DNA of 32,000 bases from Candidatus Nucleicultrix amoebiphila FS5 (GCF_002117145.1 NZ_CP008743.1:1678648-1710647), one strand, 5' to 3'. Shown: positions 1 through 12,090, counted from the first letter of the stretch. Numbers and translations are program-made. The notes: a model not told the origin generated them from the letters alone.

Positions 1-1264
<1,264 letters not shown>

Positions 1265-1312
1265 TAAAGTTAAGATTTCTTAATAAAATGCCAGTTAAGT
1301 TAAATTGAGAGC

Positions 1313-1341
1313 TTGACTGGCGGGCTTACCCTGACTAGTAT
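1313..1341 (+). promoter_or_regulatory. Candidate sigma70-type promoter for the rpsL-rpsG-fusA-tuf unit
   Basis: TTGACT (1313-1318), 17-nt spacer, TAGTAT (1336-1341), about 130 nt upstream of the rpsL ATG. The -35 lies in the right arm of an imperfect inverted repeat (GCCAGTTAAG 1290-1299 / CTTGACTGGC 1312-1321). Hexamer match only. Confidence 0.4.
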
Positions 1342-1390
1342 GCCGCCTGTCGCATTTTAACGTGACTCGCTTGAGTAAAAAGATTTTAAC

Positions 1391-1430
1391 CATCTGAAAA
1401 TAGAGCTTTATTTCAGATGAGGTTTTATTT
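1391..1430 (+). terminator. Terminator/attenuator-like hairpin in the rpoC-rpsL spacer
   Basis: Perfect 9-bp stem CATCTGAAA (1391-1399) / TTTCAGATG (1411-1419) with an 11-nt loop, followed by the U-rich GGTTTTATTT. The stem is AT-rich (3 GC pairs), so it would be weak. Confidence 0.3.
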
Positions 1431-1468
1431 ATATAAGAGCAAACACTCAAAAGAAAGGATATGGCTTA

Positions 1469-1840
1469 ATGCCTACAATTAACCAGTTGATTCGTAAGCC
1501 AAGGGAGAGTAGTCCTCCCCGTAATAAGGTTCCAGCTTTAAAGAGCTGTCCACAACGCCGAGGTGTGTGTACGCGTGTAAGTACGACAACCCCAAAGAAG
1601 CCAAACTCCGCTTTGCGTAAGATTGCGCGTGTGCGTTTGACAAGTGGATTTGAAGTCACTGGTTATATTCCAGGTGAAGGTCACAATCTTCAAGAGCACT
1701 CCGTTGTTCTGATCCGTGGTGGACGTGTACGCGACCTTCCAGGTGTGCGCTATCACGTAATTCGCGGTGCACTAGATACTCAAGGTGTTCAAAATCGTAA
1801 GAAAAGCCGTTCTAAATACGGCACAAAGCGTCCAAAGTAG
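1469..1840 (+). CDS. rpsL: 30S ribosomal protein S12
   Basis: 123 aa, near-colinear with E. coli S12 ([52 protein letters not shown]). SD AAAGGA lies upstream. Confidence 0.98.
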   Translation: MPTINQLIRKPRESSPPRNKVPALKSCPQRRGVCTRVSTTTPKKPNSALRKIARVRLTSGFEVTGYIPGEGHNLQEHSVVLIRGGRVRDLPGVRYHVIRGALDTQGVQNRKKSRSKYGTKRPK

Positions 1841-1849
1841 GAGATATAA

Positions 1850-2320
1850 ATGGCACGTCGTCGCGCTGCAGAAAAACGCCATACGCTTCCAGATCCAAAG
1901 TTTAATAACCTTGTTCTGGGTAAGTTTATTAATAATATTATGGTTACAGGCAAAAAGTCTGTTGCTGAAAGCATCGTTTATGGTGCGCTGATTGAAGTTC
2001 AAAAGAAAATCAATCGCGATCCTCTTGAGGTTTTCTATGAGGCGTTGGATAATGTAAAACCGGCAATTGAAGTGCGTTCACGTCGTGTTGGCGGCGCTAC
2101 ATATCAAATACCTGTCGAGGTACGTTCTGATCGTGCGCAAGCTTTAGCTATCCGTTGGATTATAGATATGTCTCGTAAGCGTTCAGAGAAGACTATGGTT
2201 AATCGTTTGGCTTCGGAATTGATTGATGCAGCTAATAATACTGGTGCGTCTATTAAGAAACGTGAAGATACAATCAAGATGGCAGAGGCAAACAAGGCCT
2301 TCTCACATTATCGCTGGTAG
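1850..2320 (+). CDS. rpsG: 30S ribosomal protein S7
   Basis: 156 aa with MARRR...LPDPKF and [20 protein letters not shown] motifs. It starts 9 nt after rpsL. Confidence 0.98.
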   Translation: MARRRAAEKRHTLPDPKFNNLVLGKFINNIMVTGKKSVAESIVYGALIEVQKKINRDPLEVFYEALDNVKPAIEVRSRRVGGATYQIPVEVRSDRAQALAIRWIIDMSRKRSEKTMVNRLASELIDAANNTGASIKKREDTIKMAEANKAFSHYRW

Positions 2321-2343
2321 GAAAGGACTATAAGGTAAAAACA

Positions 2344-4419
2344 ATGGCGAGAACGACACCCTTAGAACGATATCGCAATATTGGGATTATGGCCCACATT
2401 GATGCTGGGAAAACCACCACCACGGAGCGTGTCTTATATTATACTGGTAAATCCTACAAAATTGGCGAAGTCCATGAGGGTGCCGCTACGATGGACTGGA
2501 TGGAGCAGGAGCAAGAGCGTGGTATTACAATTACCTCAGCTGCTACAACCTGTTTTTGGAATGATCATCGTATTAACATTATCGATACTCCCGGACACGT
2601 TGACTTTACTATTGAAGTAGAACGTTCCCTTCGCGTTCTTGATGGTGCGGTATGCGTTTTTGATAGCGTTGCTGGTGTTGAGCCGCAGTCTGAAACTGTT
2701 TGGCGTCAAGCAGACAAATATAGCGTTCCACGTATCTGCTTCATCAATAAGATGGACCGTATAGGCGCTGATTTTTATCGTTGTGTAGATATGATTGTTG
2801 ACCGCTTAGGTGCTACACCGTTGGTTCTTCAGTTGCCTGTTGGAAGTGAGGCTGAATTTTCTGGTGTTGTAGATCTTCTTACCATGAAGTCCATTCGTTG
2901 GATGGATGAAAAGCTTGGTGCAGAATTTGTGTCTGAAGAAATTCCTGTAGACCTTCAAGAAAAAGCGAAAGAATATCGCAAAAAGTTGATTGAGACTGCA
3001 GTTGAACAAGATGATGCTGCCTTAGAGGCTTATCTGCAAGGAAATGAGCCTTCAGTTGAAGTTTTGAAGAAGTGTATTCGTAAGGGGACATTAGGATATG
3101 TTTTTGTACCGGTGATCTGCGGTAGCGCTTTTAAAAATAAAGGTGTGCAACCTCTTCTTGATGCGGTTACAGACTATTTGCCTTGTCCGCTCGACGTTGG
3201 CGTTGTTCATGGTACCAATGTTGATGGTGACAAAGAATTGAGTCGTCAGCCAGCTGATACTGAACCATTTTCTGGTTTGGCATTCAAAATTATGACTGAT
3301 CCATTCGTGGGATCCTTGACGTTCGTGCGTGTTTATTCTGGTGTTGTGGAAAGCGGTTCCTATATTTACAACTCTGTAAAAGATTCACGTGAGCGTGTAG
3401 GTCGCATGTTGTTGATGCATGCAAACAGTCGTGAAGATATTAAAGAAGCGCGTGCTGGTGATATTATTGCACTTTGTGGATTAAAAGATACAACAACAGG
3501 CGATACTCTTTGTGATCAAAACAATAAAGTTATTTTAGAGCGCATGGAATTCCCAGAGCCCGTTATTGAAGTGGCTGTTGAGCCAAACACTAAAGGGGAC
3601 CAAGAAAAGATGGGATTGGCGCTTGCGCGTCTTGCTTCTGAAGATCCATCATTCCGTGTGTCCTCTGATCCTGAGAGCGGTCAGACCGTGATTAAGGGGA
3701 TGGGTGAGTTACACCTTGAGATTATCGTTGACCGTATGAAGCGTGAATTTAAAGTTGATGCGACAGTCGGTCAGCCACAAGTTGCTTATCGTGAAACCAT
3801 TACTGGTACTTCTGAAGTTGATTATACACACAAGAAACAAACAGGTGGTGCTGGTCAGTTCGCTCGTATTACTGTGCGTTTTGAACCACAAGAACGTGGA
3901 CAAGGTTATCAGTTTGAAAGCAAAATTGTGGGTGGATCAGTACCAAGAGAATATATTCCAGGTGTTGAAAAAGGTCTGAACTCTGCACGTGACAACGGTG
4001 TAATTGCTGGATATCCAATGATTGACTTTAAAGCTACATTGATTGACGGCGCATATCACGATGTTGACTCTAGCGTCTTAGCTTTCGAAATTGCTGCAAG
4101 AGCTGCTTTCCGTGAAGGTATTAGAAAAGCTTCTCCAAAATTGCTTGAACCTATTATGAAGGTTGAGGTCGTAACTCCTGAAGAATATATGGGAGATGTG
4201 ATTGGAGATCTTAATAGTCGTCGCGGTCAAGTTTCAGGTATGGATCAAAGAGGGAACGCACGTGTTGTTTCGGCAATGGTTCCTCTTGCAAATATGTTTG
4301 GATATGTTAATACTTTGCGATCCATGAGCCAAGGGCGTGCACAATATACAATGCAGTTTGATCACTATGATCATGTTCCTCAGCACGTTGCAGATGAAAT
4401 TGTGGCAAAGCAAGGTTAA
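2344..4419 (+). CDS. fusA: Elongation factor G
   Basis: 691 aa with GTPase motifs [20 protein letters not shown] and NKMDR. It shows full-length EF-G domain order and the canonical position after rpsG. Confidence 0.98.
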   Translation: MARTTPLERYRNIGIMAHIDAGKTTTTERVLYYTGKSYKIGEVHEGAATMDWMEQEQERGITITSAATTCFWNDHRINIIDTPGHVDFTIEVERSLRVLDGAVCVFDSVAGVEPQSETVWRQADKYSVPRICFINKMDRIGADFYRCVDMIVDRLGATPLVLQLPVGSEAEFSGVVDLLTMKSIRWMDEKLGAEFVSEEIPVDLQEKAKEYRKKLIETAVEQDDAALEAYLQGNEPSVEVLKKCIRKGTLGYVFVPVICGSAFKNKGVQPLLDAVTDYLPCPLDVGVVHGTNVDGDKELSRQPADTEPFSGLAFKIMTDPFVGSLTFVRVYSGVVESGSYIYNSVKDSRERVGRMLLMHANSREDIKEARAGDIIALCGLKDTTTGDTLCDQNNKVILERMEFPEPVIEVAVEPNTKGDQEKMGLALARLASEDPSFRVSSDPESGQTVIKGMGELHLEIIVDRMKREFKVDATVGQPQVAYRETITGTSEVDYTHKKQTGGAGQFARITVRFEPQERGQGYQFESKIVGGSVPREYIPGVEKGLNSARDNGVIAGYPMIDFKATLIDGAYHDVDSSVLAFEIAARAAFREGIRKASPKLLEPIMKVEVVTPEEYMGDVIGDLNSRRGQVSGMDQRGNARVVSAMVPLANMFGYVNTLRSMSQGRAQYTMQFDHYDHVPQHVADEIVAKQG

Positions 4420-4459
4420 AGAACATAATGAAAGATAACCAAGGAAAGGGTGATAAGAG

Positions 4460-5650
4460 ATGAGTAAGGCGAAGTTTGAGCGGACGAAGCCGCACGTAAA
4501 CATCGGAACGATTGGACACGTAGACCATGGAAAGACAACGCTAACAGCAGCGATAACGAAAGTGTTGTCAGAGAAGGGTGGAGCAACGTATACAGCGTAT
4601 GATCAGATCGATAAAGCACCAGAAGAAAAAGCACGTGGTATTACGATTTCAACGGCGCACGTAGAATATGAGACAGACAAGCGCCACTATGCGCACGTGG
4701 ACTGCCCAGGACACGCGGACTATGTGAAGAACATGATTACGGGTGCGGCGCAGATGGACGGAGCGATTTTGGTGGTAAGCGCAGCAGACGGACCGATGCC
4801 CCAGACAAAAGAACACATTTTGTTGGCCCGTCAGGTTAACGTGCCAGCGATGGTAGTGTTTATGAACAAGGTAGATCAAGTAGACGACCCAGAGTTGTTG
4901 GACTTGGTGGAACTGGAGATCAGAGAGTTATTGACGAGCTATGGATTTCCCGGGGACAAGATTCCAGTGGTGAAGGGGTCAGCGTTGTGCGTGATTGAAG
5001 ATAGAGATCCAAAGATTGGTCGTGAAGCGATTATGCAGTTGATGGATGCGGTAGATAGTTATATTCCACAGCCTGTACGTGATATTGACAAGCCATTTCT
5101 GATGCCGATTGAAGACGTATTTTCGATTTCAGGGCGCGGAACAGTGGTGACAGGACGCGTAGAGCGCGGAATCGTGAAGGTTGGAGAAGAAATCGAGATC
5201 GTGGGAATAAAGCCAACAACGAAGACAACGGTAACGGGCGTCGAGATGTTCCGGAAGCTGTTGGATGAGGGACGGGCAGGAGACAACATTGGAGCGTTGT
5301 TGCGTGGCGTTGAAAGAGAAGCAGTAGAGCGTGGACAAGTGTTGGCAAAGCCAGGAACGATTACTCCTCATACAGATTTCGAGTGTGAGTGTTATATTTT
5401 GAAGAAAGAGGAAGGTGGACGCCACACACCATTTTTCTCAAACTATAGGCCACAATTTTATTTCCGTACGACAGACGTAACGGGATCCGTCGACCTGCCA
5501 ACAGGCGTAGAGATGGTGATGCCCGGAGATAACATTAAGTTGGTGGCAAAGTTGATTGCACCAGTGGCGATGGATGAAGGATTACGCTTTGCTATTCGTG
5601 AAGGTGGTCGTACCGTCGGTGCCGGTGTTGTGACTAAGGTGATTAAGTAA
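4460..5650 (+). CDS. tuf: Elongation factor Tu
   Basis: 396 aa with [18 protein letters not shown] and NKVD motifs and the C-terminal [27 protein letters not shown] lies upstream. Codon usage is atypical (see findings). Confidence 0.98.
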   Translation: MSKAKFERTKPHVNIGTIGHVDHGKTTLTAAITKVLSEKGGATYTAYDQIDKAPEEKARGITISTAHVEYETDKRHYAHVDCPGHADYVKNMITGAAQMDGAILVVSAADGPMPQTKEHILLARQVNVPAMVVFMNKVDQVDDPELLDLVELEIRELLTSYGFPGDKIPVVKGSALCVIEDRDPKIGREAIMQLMDAVDSYIPQPVRDIDKPFLMPIEDVFSISGRGTVVTGRVERGIVKVGEEIEIVGIKPTTKTTVTGVEMFRKLLDEGRAGDNIGALLRGVEREAVERGQVLAKPGTITPHTDFECECYILKKEEGGRHTPFFSNYRPQFYFRTTDVTGSVDLPTGVEMVMPGDNIKLVAKLIAPVAMDEGLRFAIREGGRTVGAGVVTKVIK

Positions 5651-5675
5651 TTATTGATTGTTATAGGTAAAGGTA

Positions 5676-5984
5676 ATGGAAAACCAAAATATACGCATTA
5701 GACTAAAAGCGTTTGATCATCGACTGCTAGATCAATCAACGCAGGAAATTGTAAACACAGCTAAAAGAACTGGTGCGGTTGTACGAGGCCCCATTCCTTT
5801 ACCTAATAAGAAAGAGATTTACACAGTCAATAGAAGCCCGCATATCGACAAAAAGTCGCGCGAGCAGTTTGAAATAAGGACACATAAGCGTCTTCTCGAT
5901 ATCATAGAGTGGTCACCACAAACGGTAGAAGCTCTGAAGAAACTCGATTTGGCTGCTGGTGTTGAAGTAGAGATTAAGCTTTAA
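5676..5984 (+). CDS. rpsJ: 30S ribosomal protein S10
   Basis: 102 aa, [21 protein letters not shown] matches the S10 N-terminus. It starts 25 nt after tuf. Confidence 0.98.
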   Translation: MENQNIRIRLKAFDHRLLDQSTQEIVNTAKRTGAVVRGPIPLPNKKEIYTVNRSPHIDKKSREQFEIRTHKRLLDIIEWSPQTVEALKKLDLAAGVEVEIKL

Positions 5985-5992
5985 ACGGGGCC

Positions 5993-6802
5993 ATGATGCG
6001 AACAGGTTTACTTGCGGAAAAAGTTGGAATGACAAGAATCCTTACAGAGAAAGGCGAACATGTGCCTGTAACTTTGTTGAAGGTAGATGATTGTCAAGTT
6101 GTTGCTGTAAGAACAAAAGAAAAGAATGGCTATACAGCTATTCAAGTTGGAGTCGGCAAAGCTAAGGTTAAAAATGTGACGAAAGCTTCTCGCGGTACAT
6201 ATGCGAAGGCTAAGATTGAACCAAAAAAGAAGCTAATTGAGTTTAGGGTAAGTGATGAAGCCTTGCTTAATGTAGGAGACAAAATCTCTGTAGAGCACTT
6301 TGTTGCAGGTCAATATATTGACGTTACTGGAACATCAAATGGTAAAGGTTTTGCTGGTGCTATGAAGCGCCATAATTTTGGTGGTTTAAGAGCCAGCCAT
6401 GGTGTGTCAGTTTCACACCGTAGTCATGGTTCGACTGGTAACCGCCAAGACCCAGGACGTGTCTTCAAAGGTAAGAAGATGGCTGGACATCTTGGTTGTG
6501 AGCGAGTAACTGTGCAAAACCTAAAAATTCATGCGACATACCCTGAAAAGGGACTTATAGCAGTTGTCGGAGCTATCCCAGGTAATCCAGGAGGCTTTGT
6601 GACGATTCGTGATGCAGTAAAAAGAAAGATGCCTGCAGATCTTCCATTTCCCGCGGCCTTAATTAAAGCTGGTGCAGAGGGAGGAAGTAAGGTGTCAGTA
6701 ACTGACAGCCCGAAGCAAGATGAGCAGGTAACGCAAATAGTTCAAGAACCTTCAGTAGAGAGTTCCTCTGAACAAGCTCAAACAGAGAAAGTAGAGTCAT
6801 GA
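5993..6802 (+). CDS. rplC: 50S ribosomal protein L3 (with a long acidic/Ser-rich C-terminal tail)
   Basis: 269 aa with the L3 core ([31 protein letters not shown].....[13 protein letters not shown]). The start could be 5993 or 5996 (tandem ATG). Confidence 0.96.
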   Translation: MMRTGLLAEKVGMTRILTEKGEHVPVTLLKVDDCQVVAVRTKEKNGYTAIQVGVGKAKVKNVTKASRGTYAKAKIEPKKKLIEFRVSDEALLNVGDKISVEHFVAGQYIDVTGTSNGKGFAGAMKRHNFGGLRASHGVSVSHRSHGSTGNRQDPGRVFKGKKMAGHLGCERVTVQNLKIHATYPEKGLIAVVGAIPGNPGGFVTIRDAVKRKMPADLPFPAALIKAGAEGGSKVSVTDSPKQDEQVTQIVQEPSVESSSEQAQTEKVES

Positions 6803-7419
6803 AGTGCGAAATAAAGAGCATTGATAATAAAACGATTGGCGACATCGAGCTCGCTTCAGAGATTTTTGGTCTGCCAACACGTGAAGATATTTTAGCCCGT
6901 ATGGTTCATTGGCAGCTTGCAAAAAGAAGAGCCGGCACACATAAAACTAAGGGCGTTAGTGAAGTTAGTGGAACGACAAAGAAGCCTTGGAAGCAAAAAG
7001 GTACTGGTCGTGCACGTCAAGGTAGTCTTCGTTCAGCCCAATTTAGGGGTGGTGGCGTTATTTTTGGACCGATTGTACGTTCACATGCCTATGACTTGCC
7101 AAAAAAGGTTCGTCGTTTAGCCTTGAAAACAGCGCTTTCAGCAAAATTTTCAGAAGGAAAGCTACTTATCCTTGACACGCTGCAAGTAAAAAGTCATAAG
7201 ACTAAAGAAATTTTAAGCAAGATTAAAGCCTTAGGACTTACATCGGCCCTGGTAATTGATGGTGAAACAGTGGATCAGAACTTCTCTAGAGCCGCTTCAA
7301 ACCTCGTGGGAATAGACGTGTTAGCCCAACAAGGCATCAACGTATACGATATTTTGCGCCGTGATATCCTGGTTTTGACTAAGGATTCAGTGAAATACTT
7401 AGAACAGAGGTTGAGATGA
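6799..7419 (+). CDS. rplD: 50S ribosomal protein L4
   Basis: 206 aa with the [15 protein letters not shown] loop. The ATGA overlaps the rplC stop. Confidence 0.97.
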   Translation: MKCEIKSIDNKTIGDIELASEIFGLPTREDILARMVHWQLAKRRAGTHKTKGVSEVSGTTKKPWKQKGTGRARQGSLRSAQFRGGGVIFGPIVRSHAYDLPKKVRRLALKTALSAKFSEGKLLILDTLQVKSHKTKEILSKIKALGLTSALVIDGETVDQNFSRAASNLVGIDVLAQQGINVYDILRRDILVLTKDSVKYLEQRLR

Positions 7420-7757
7420 CAAAAAAGGCTACAACAAAGAAGACCAAGACTGATAAGAAAGTGGCCGTCACTGAAAGGGCTTTTTCAATCATTAAGGCTC
7501 CTTTGATTACAGAAAAAGCGACTCTTGTGTCCCAAGAACGTCAGTTTGTATTTTTGGTTTGTCCAAAGGCAACGAAAAAAGAAATTAAAGAAGCTGTAGA
7601 AGCAATTTTTAAGGTCAAAGTAGAAGCCGTTAATACATTGATCAACAAGGGTAAAGAAAAAAGATTCCGCGGTTTCCTAGGTCAACGTTCAGACAAGAAG
7701 AAGGCCTATGTAAAGCTCGCTGAAGGGCATACTATTGATGTTGGAGCTGTGATCTAA
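7416..7757 (+). CDS. rplW: 50S ribosomal protein L23
   Basis: 113 aa with the core [12 protein letters not shown]...KKAYVKL. The ATGA overlaps the rplD stop. An in-frame GTG at 7461 is an alternative start that would remove the Lys-rich N-terminal extension. Confidence 0.94.
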   Translation: MTKKATTKKTKTDKKVAVTERAFSIIKAPLITEKATLVSQERQFVFLVCPKATKKEIKEAVEAIFKVKVEAVNTLINKGKEKRFRGFLGQRSDKKKAYVKLAEGHTIDVGAVI

Positions 7758-7758
7758 G

Positions 7759-8577
7759 ATGGCATTGAAGCAATTTAAACCTGTCACACCAGGACAAAGA
7801 CAACTTATTCTCGTTGACCGAAGCGGACTTTGGAAGGGGAGACCTGAAAAATCCCTTACAGAGGGCATGACAAAGACTGGCGGTCGTAATAATAATGGTC
7901 ATATAACCACACGCCATATTGGTGGTGGTGCGAAGAGGTTATATCGTAAAATTGATTTTAAGCGTCGTAAGGATGATGTGTTTGCTGTCGTGGAGCGTAT
8001 TGAGTACGATCCGAATAGATCAGCATTTATCGCTCTTATTCGTTATCAATCTGATTCAACGCTTGCCTATATTTTAGCGCCTCAAAGACTCGCAGTTGGT
8101 GATAAGGTTGTCTCAGGAGATAGGGTTGATATTAAACCAGGGAATGCATTGCCTTTAAAGAGCATTCCCGTTGGAACAATTGTACACAACGTTGAAATGA
8201 AAGCGGGTAAGGGTGGACAATTAGCACGTTCTGCGGGAACTTATGCGCAGATCGTAGGTCGTGACTTAGGTTTAATTCAATTGCGTCTTTCTTCTGGCGA
8301 ACTACGCGTTGTGCCGGGAGATTGTCGAGCATCTATTGGTGCGGTTTCTAATCCTGATCAAAAGAACATCAGTATTGGTAAAGCGGGTCGTAATCGTTGG
8401 TTTGGTATTCGTCCAACGGTGCGTGGTATAGCAATGAACCCAGTTGATCACCCACACGGTGGTCGTACAAATGGTGGTCGTCACCCGGTGACACCGTGGG
8501 GTATTGCGACAAAGGGTCGTAAGACAAGGCATAAAAAGCCTTCGGATAAACATATTATTAGTCGTCGTAAGAAATAG
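7759..8577 (+). CDS. rplB: 50S ribosomal protein L2
   Basis: 272 aa with [13 protein letters not shown] and [11 protein letters not shown]-like ([15 protein letters not shown]) motifs. Confidence 0.98.
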   Translation: MALKQFKPVTPGQRQLILVDRSGLWKGRPEKSLTEGMTKTGGRNNNGHITTRHIGGGAKRLYRKIDFKRRKDDVFAVVERIEYDPNRSAFIALIRYQSDSTLAYILAPQRLAVGDKVVSGDRVDIKPGNALPLKSIPVGTIVHNVEMKAGKGGQLARSAGTYAQIVGRDLGLIQLRLSSGELRVVPGDCRASIGAVSNPDQKNISIGKAGRNRWFGIRPTVRGIAMNPVDHPHGGRTNGGRHPVTPWGIATKGRKTRHKKPSDKHIISRRKK

Positions 8578-8586
8578 GAGTAGTTT

Positions 8587-8868
8587 GTGGCACGCTCTGT
8601 TTGGAAAGGTCCTTTCGTTGATGGATTTCTGTTGAAGAAGGCAGAAAAAGTTCATACTCAAGGCCGTAAAGAAATTATTAAAACATGGTCAAGACGTTCG
8701 ACCATATTACCTCAATTTGTGGGCTTAACATTTGCAGTTCATAATGGTAATAAATTCATCCCTGTTCTGGTCAGTGAAGAAATGGTGGGGCATAAATTTG
8801 GTGAATTTGCACCAACCCGTACTTTTCATGGGCACACAGGTGGTAAGAAAGCTACAAAGGTTGCATAA
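8587..8868 (+). CDS. rpsS: 30S ribosomal protein S19
   Basis: 93 aa with a GTG start. [11 protein letters not shown] and HNG..F.PV motifs are present. Confidence 0.97.
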   Translation: MARSVWKGPFVDGFLLKKAEKVHTQGRKEIIKTWSRRSTILPQFVGLTFAVHNGNKFIPVLVSEEMVGHKFGEFAPTRTFHGHTGGKKATKVA

Positions 8869-8870
8869 AG

Positions 8871-9251
8871 ATGTCTAAAAAACCAACGCCACGTCAATTG
8901 AAGGATAATGAGGCAAAGGCAACATTAAGTACGGTAAGGACAAGTCCACGTAAGCTTAATATTGTTGCTCAAATGATTCGAGGTAAGTCTGTTTCACTTG
9001 CTTTAGAAAATCTTTTATTTTCAAAAAGACGCATAGCAAAAGATGTTTACAAATTGCTTATATCTGCGGTAAACAATGCTGAAAATAATCATGGGCTTGA
9101 TATTGATCGCCTTTATGTGGCGGAAGCTTATGTGGGGAAAAGCCTAGTTATGAAGAGATTTCATGCAAGGGCACGCGGAAGTGCTGGACGTATAGAAAAG
9201 CCCTTTAGCAATATTAGTATTATCGTCCGTCAACAAGAGGTTGCTGCATAA
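8871..9251 (+). CDS. rplV: 50S ribosomal protein L22
   Basis: 126 aa, matching the L22 pattern ([33 protein letters not shown]). Confidence 0.97.
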   Translation: MSKKPTPRQLKDNEAKATLSTVRTSPRKLNIVAQMIRGKSVSLALENLLFSKRRIAKDVYKLLISAVNNAENNHGLDIDRLYVAEAYVGKSLVMKRFHARARGSAGRIEKPFSNISIIVRQQEVAA

Positions 9252-9934
9252 TGGGACAAAAAGTTAAACCTATTGGTCTGCGCATAGGCATTAATCGCAC
9301 TTGGGATTCAAGGTGGTTTGCGCATAAAGGTACTTATGGTGATCAACTGATTCAGGATTTAAAAATTCGTGATTTCCTGAAGGAAAAATTACCGCAGGCT
9401 GGTATTGCGAGAATTATAGTAGAAAGACCTGCTAAAAAAGCAATTATTACAATTCAGACAGCTAGACCTGGTGTGATTATTGGCAAAAAAGGTTCTGATA
9501 TTGAGGTTTTGAAGGCAGCTTTAACAAAAATGCTGGCAACTGAAGTGAGTCTCAATATTGTTGAAGTGCGAAAGCCTGAATTAGAGGCTTCACTTGTAGC
9601 AGAGAGCATTGCCCAACAGATTGAAAGACGTGTTAGTTATCGTCGTGCCATGAAACGTGCAATCCAAACATCTATGCGTATGGGGGCTGAAGGAATTCGT
9701 ATTATCGTTTCAGGTCGCCTAGGGGGTGCTGAAATTGCTCGTGTGGAGCAGTATCATGAAGGAAGAGTGCCGCTGCATACATTGAGGGCTGACGTAGACT
9801 ATGGACACTGTGGTGCTGAAACGACCTATGGTGTTTGTGGAGTAAAGGTTTGGATTTATCGCGGTGAAGTTTTAGAGCGTGATGCTTTTGCGCAAGATCG
9901 TCGCTATAGTCATCAACAATCACCAAGAGCTTAG
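9251..9934 (+). CDS. rpsC: 30S ribosomal protein S3
   Basis: 227 aa with the [15 protein letters not shown]-terminus and KH-domain motif GVIIGKKG. The start overlaps the rplV stop by 1 nt. Confidence 0.98.
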   Translation: MGQKVKPIGLRIGINRTWDSRWFAHKGTYGDQLIQDLKIRDFLKEKLPQAGIARIIVERPAKKAIITIQTARPGVIIGKKGSDIEVLKAALTKMLATEVSLNIVEVRKPELEASLVAESIAQQIERRVSYRRAMKRAIQTSMRMGAEGIRIIVSGRLGGAEIARVEQYHEGRVPLHTLRADVDYGHCGAETTYGVCGVKVWIYRGEVLERDAFAQDRRYSHQQSPRA

Positions 9935-9953
9935 TGTTTAGGGAAAGATTAAG

Positions 9954-10373
9954 ATGTTAGCTCCTAAGAAGACAAAATATAGAAAAGCACACAAAGGCCG
10001 TATTCATGGTATGTCCAAGGGTGGGACAAGATTGAATTTTGGGTCATTTGGGTTGAAGGCTTTAGAACCAACACGTGTGACTGCAAGACAGATTGAAGCG
10101 GCACGTCGTGCTATTACACGTCACATTAAAAGAAGTGGACGCGTTTGGATTCGCATATTTCCCGATGTACCAGTGTCGACAAAGCCAGCTGAAGTACGTA
10201 TGGGTAGCGGTAAAGGTAACCCAGAGTTTTGGGTATGCCGTGTAGCACCGGGAAGGATTCTTTTTGAATTAGAGGGTGTTCCCGCGGATTTGGCAAAAGA
10301 GGCCTTTTTATTGGCAGCTGCGAAATTGCCAATTAAAACAAAATTTGTTACACGTCTCGCATCAGGAGTATAG
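9954..10373 (+). CDS. rplP: 50S ribosomal protein L16
   Basis: 139 aa with [16 protein letters not shown] and [10 protein letters not shown] motifs. Confidence 0.98.
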   Translation: MLAPKKTKYRKAHKGRIHGMSKGGTRLNFGSFGLKALEPTRVTARQIEAARRAITRHIKRSGRVWIRIFPDVPVSTKPAEVRMGSGKGNPEFWVCRVAPGRILFELEGVPADLAKEAFLLAAAKLPIKTKFVTRLASGV

Positions 10374-10376
10374 AGT

Positions 10377-10580
10377 ATGAAAACAGAAGAGATTCGTGTA
10401 AAAACCGAGAGTGAGCTTATGGATATGGTTGTGAAGCTTAAGCAAGAGCTCATGAATCTAAGATTCCAAAAGGTGAATGGTCAGCTTGCGTCGACGACGC
10501 GCTTTAAGACAGCACGTCGTGAAGTTGCTCGTATTAAGACGGTGATGGCTGAAAAGCAACGTACTGGTAAAGGAGTTTAA
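10377..10580 (+). CDS. rpmC: 50S ribosomal protein L29
   Basis: 67 aa with an L29-like helical hairpin (ELMNLRFQ). It occupies the canonical slot between rplP and rpsQ. Confidence 0.95.
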   Translation: MKTEEIRVKTESELMDMVVKLKQELMNLRFQKVNGQLASTTRFKTARREVARIKTVMAEKQRTGKGV

Positions 10581-10581
10581 G

Positions 10582-10815
10582 ATGCCTAGAAGAGTGCTTC
10601 AAGGCGTTGTTGTTAGCAATAAATGCGATAAAACAATAACAGTAACAGTTCAAAGACGTGTGATGCATCCTGTTTACAAAAAATTTATTACACGCTCGAA
10701 GAAATTTACAGCTCATGATGAGAACAACCAATGCCAAGTAGGTCAAGGTGTAAAAATTCGTGAGTGTAGACCAATTTCCAAGACGAAACACTGGGAAGTT
10801 GTATTTGAGTCATAA
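10582..10815 (+). CDS. rpsQ: 30S ribosomal protein S17
   Basis: 77 aa with [16 protein letters not shown] and HDENN motifs. Confidence 0.97.
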   Translation: MPRRVLQGVVVSNKCDKTITVTVQRRVMHPVYKKFITRSKKFTAHDENNQCQVGQGVKIRECRPISKTKHWEVVFES

Positions 10816-10837
10816 GCGGTAGTGTTTAGGGTTAAAA

Positions 10838-11206
10838 ATGATTAGAGAACAAACAAATTTAGATGTTGCTGATAATTCTGGTGCACGACGCGTGGAGTGT
10901 ATAAGAGTGCTCGGTGGCTCAAAGAGAAAGACAGCATCAATTGGAGACATTATTGTGGTCGCCGTAAAAGATGCTATTCCAGACCGTAAAGTTAAAAAGG
11001 GTGAAGTTCACAAAGCTGTGATTGTAAGAACAGCTAAAGGTATCCGTCGTAATGATGGATCTGAAATTCGTTTTGACCGTAACGCCGCTGTGTTGATCAA
11101 CAACCAAGGTGAGCCAATCGGTACACGTATTTTTGGTCCCGTTACCCGTGAGCTTCGTGCCCGTAAGTATATGAAAATTATCTCTCTTGCACCTGAGGTT
11201 CTTTAA
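10838..11206 (+). CDS. rplN: 50S ribosomal protein L14
   Basis: 122 aa with MI...[10 protein letters not shown] and the C-terminal LAPEVL. Confidence 0.98.
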   Translation: MIREQTNLDVADNSGARRVECIRVLGGSKRKTASIGDIIVVAVKDAIPDRKVKKGEVHKAVIVRTAKGIRRNDGSEIRFDRNAAVLINNQGEPIGTRIFGPVTRELRARKYMKIISLAPEVL

Positions 11207-11530
11207 ATGATGATAAAAACACATGTTAAAAAGGGTGACCAAGTTATTGTCATTTCTGGTAAGGATAAGGGAAAAATTGGACAGATTTTATCTGTGAACC
11301 GAAAAGATATGCGTGTTGTTGTGCAAGGTGTTGGCGTAAAAACTAAACACCAAAAAGCGACAATGGCAGACACAGGTGGGTTAAAGAAGATAGAGTCTTC
11401 CATACATATTTCTAACGTGATGCACTTGGATCCAAAAGATAACAAGCCAACACGTATTGGAAGAAAGATTCTAAAGGATGGTGCCAGAATACGTTTCGCA
11501 AAACGTTCTGGTGAAGCGATTGATAAGTAA
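11207..11530 (+). CDS. rplX: 50S ribosomal protein L24
   Basis: 107 aa with the KOW motif [16 protein letters not shown]. It starts immediately after the rplN stop (ATG at 11207 or 11210). Confidence 0.96.
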   Translation: MMIKTHVKKGDQVIVISGKDKGKIGQILSVNRKDMRVVVQGVGVKTKHQKATMADTGGLKKIESSIHISNVMHLDPKDNKPTRIGRKILKDGARIRFAKRSGEAIDK

Positions 11531-11541
11531 AGGTTTTAATA

Positions 11542-12081
11542 ATGGCGCGTTTGATTGAACATTATAAAAAGGTCGTACAGCCAACTCTCATGAAAGAGTT
11601 TAGCTATACAAATCCTATGATGGTTCCACAGATCGAAAAGATTGTGATTAACATGGGAATTGGTGAAGCGGCCCAAGATAAGAAAAAGCTTGAGATAGCC
11701 GTTGATGAGTTAGCTGCAATTTCTGGACAAAAGCCAGTTGTGACAAAGTCACGAAAGTCAATCGCTGGGTTTAAGTTGCGTGAGAATATCGGTATCGGTG
11801 CTAAGGTAACTCTTCGCAATAAAAGAATGTACGAGTTTCTGGATAGGCTGGTGAATATCGCAATGCCACGTATTAGAGACTTTAGAGGGCTTTCTTCAAA
11901 AAGTTTTGATGGCAATGGAAACTTCGCAATGGGTGTTAAGGAACACATCATATTTCCTGAGATTAACTATGATAAAATTGATAAGATTCACGGATTGGAT
12001 ATTATCATTGTGACTTCAGCCAAGACTGACAAAGAGGCTGTTGCATTACTGAAAGCGTTTAACATGCCATTTACAAGTTGA
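11542..12081 (+). CDS. rplE: 50S ribosomal protein L5
   Basis: 179 aa with [11 protein letters not shown] and FDG.GN...G..E motifs. Confidence 0.98.
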   Translation: MARLIEHYKKVVQPTLMKEFSYTNPMMVPQIEKIVINMGIGEAAQDKKKLEIAVDELAAISGQKPVVTKSRKSIAGFKLRENIGIGAKVTLRNKRMYEFLDRLVNIAMPRIRDFRGLSSKSFDGNGNFAMGVKEHIIFPEINYDKIDKIHGLDIIIVTSAKTDKEAVALLKAFNMPFTS

Positions 12082-12090
12082 GGGTGAGTC

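Noticed and set aside
4234-5425. Seven reverse-strand ORFs of 64-105 aa stacked over the fusA end and tuf (for example 5031..5348, 5059..5289, 5129..5425).
   Set aside because: They are shadow ORFs. The purine-rich tuf sense strand removes TTA/CTA/TCA triplets, so the antisense frames lack stops. The products are low-complexity with no start context, and EF-Tu fully explains the locus.
8302-8661. A 119-aa reverse-strand ORF across the rplB/rpsS junction. Similar antisense or off-frame ORFs occur at 10121..10453, 10937..11242, 11604..11951, 14317..14640, 14797..15087, 21501..21791 and 22368..22673.
   Set aside because: All lie entirely inside strongly supported conserved genes on the + strand. 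None has an SD sequence or a recognisable motif. They are typical chance antisense frames.
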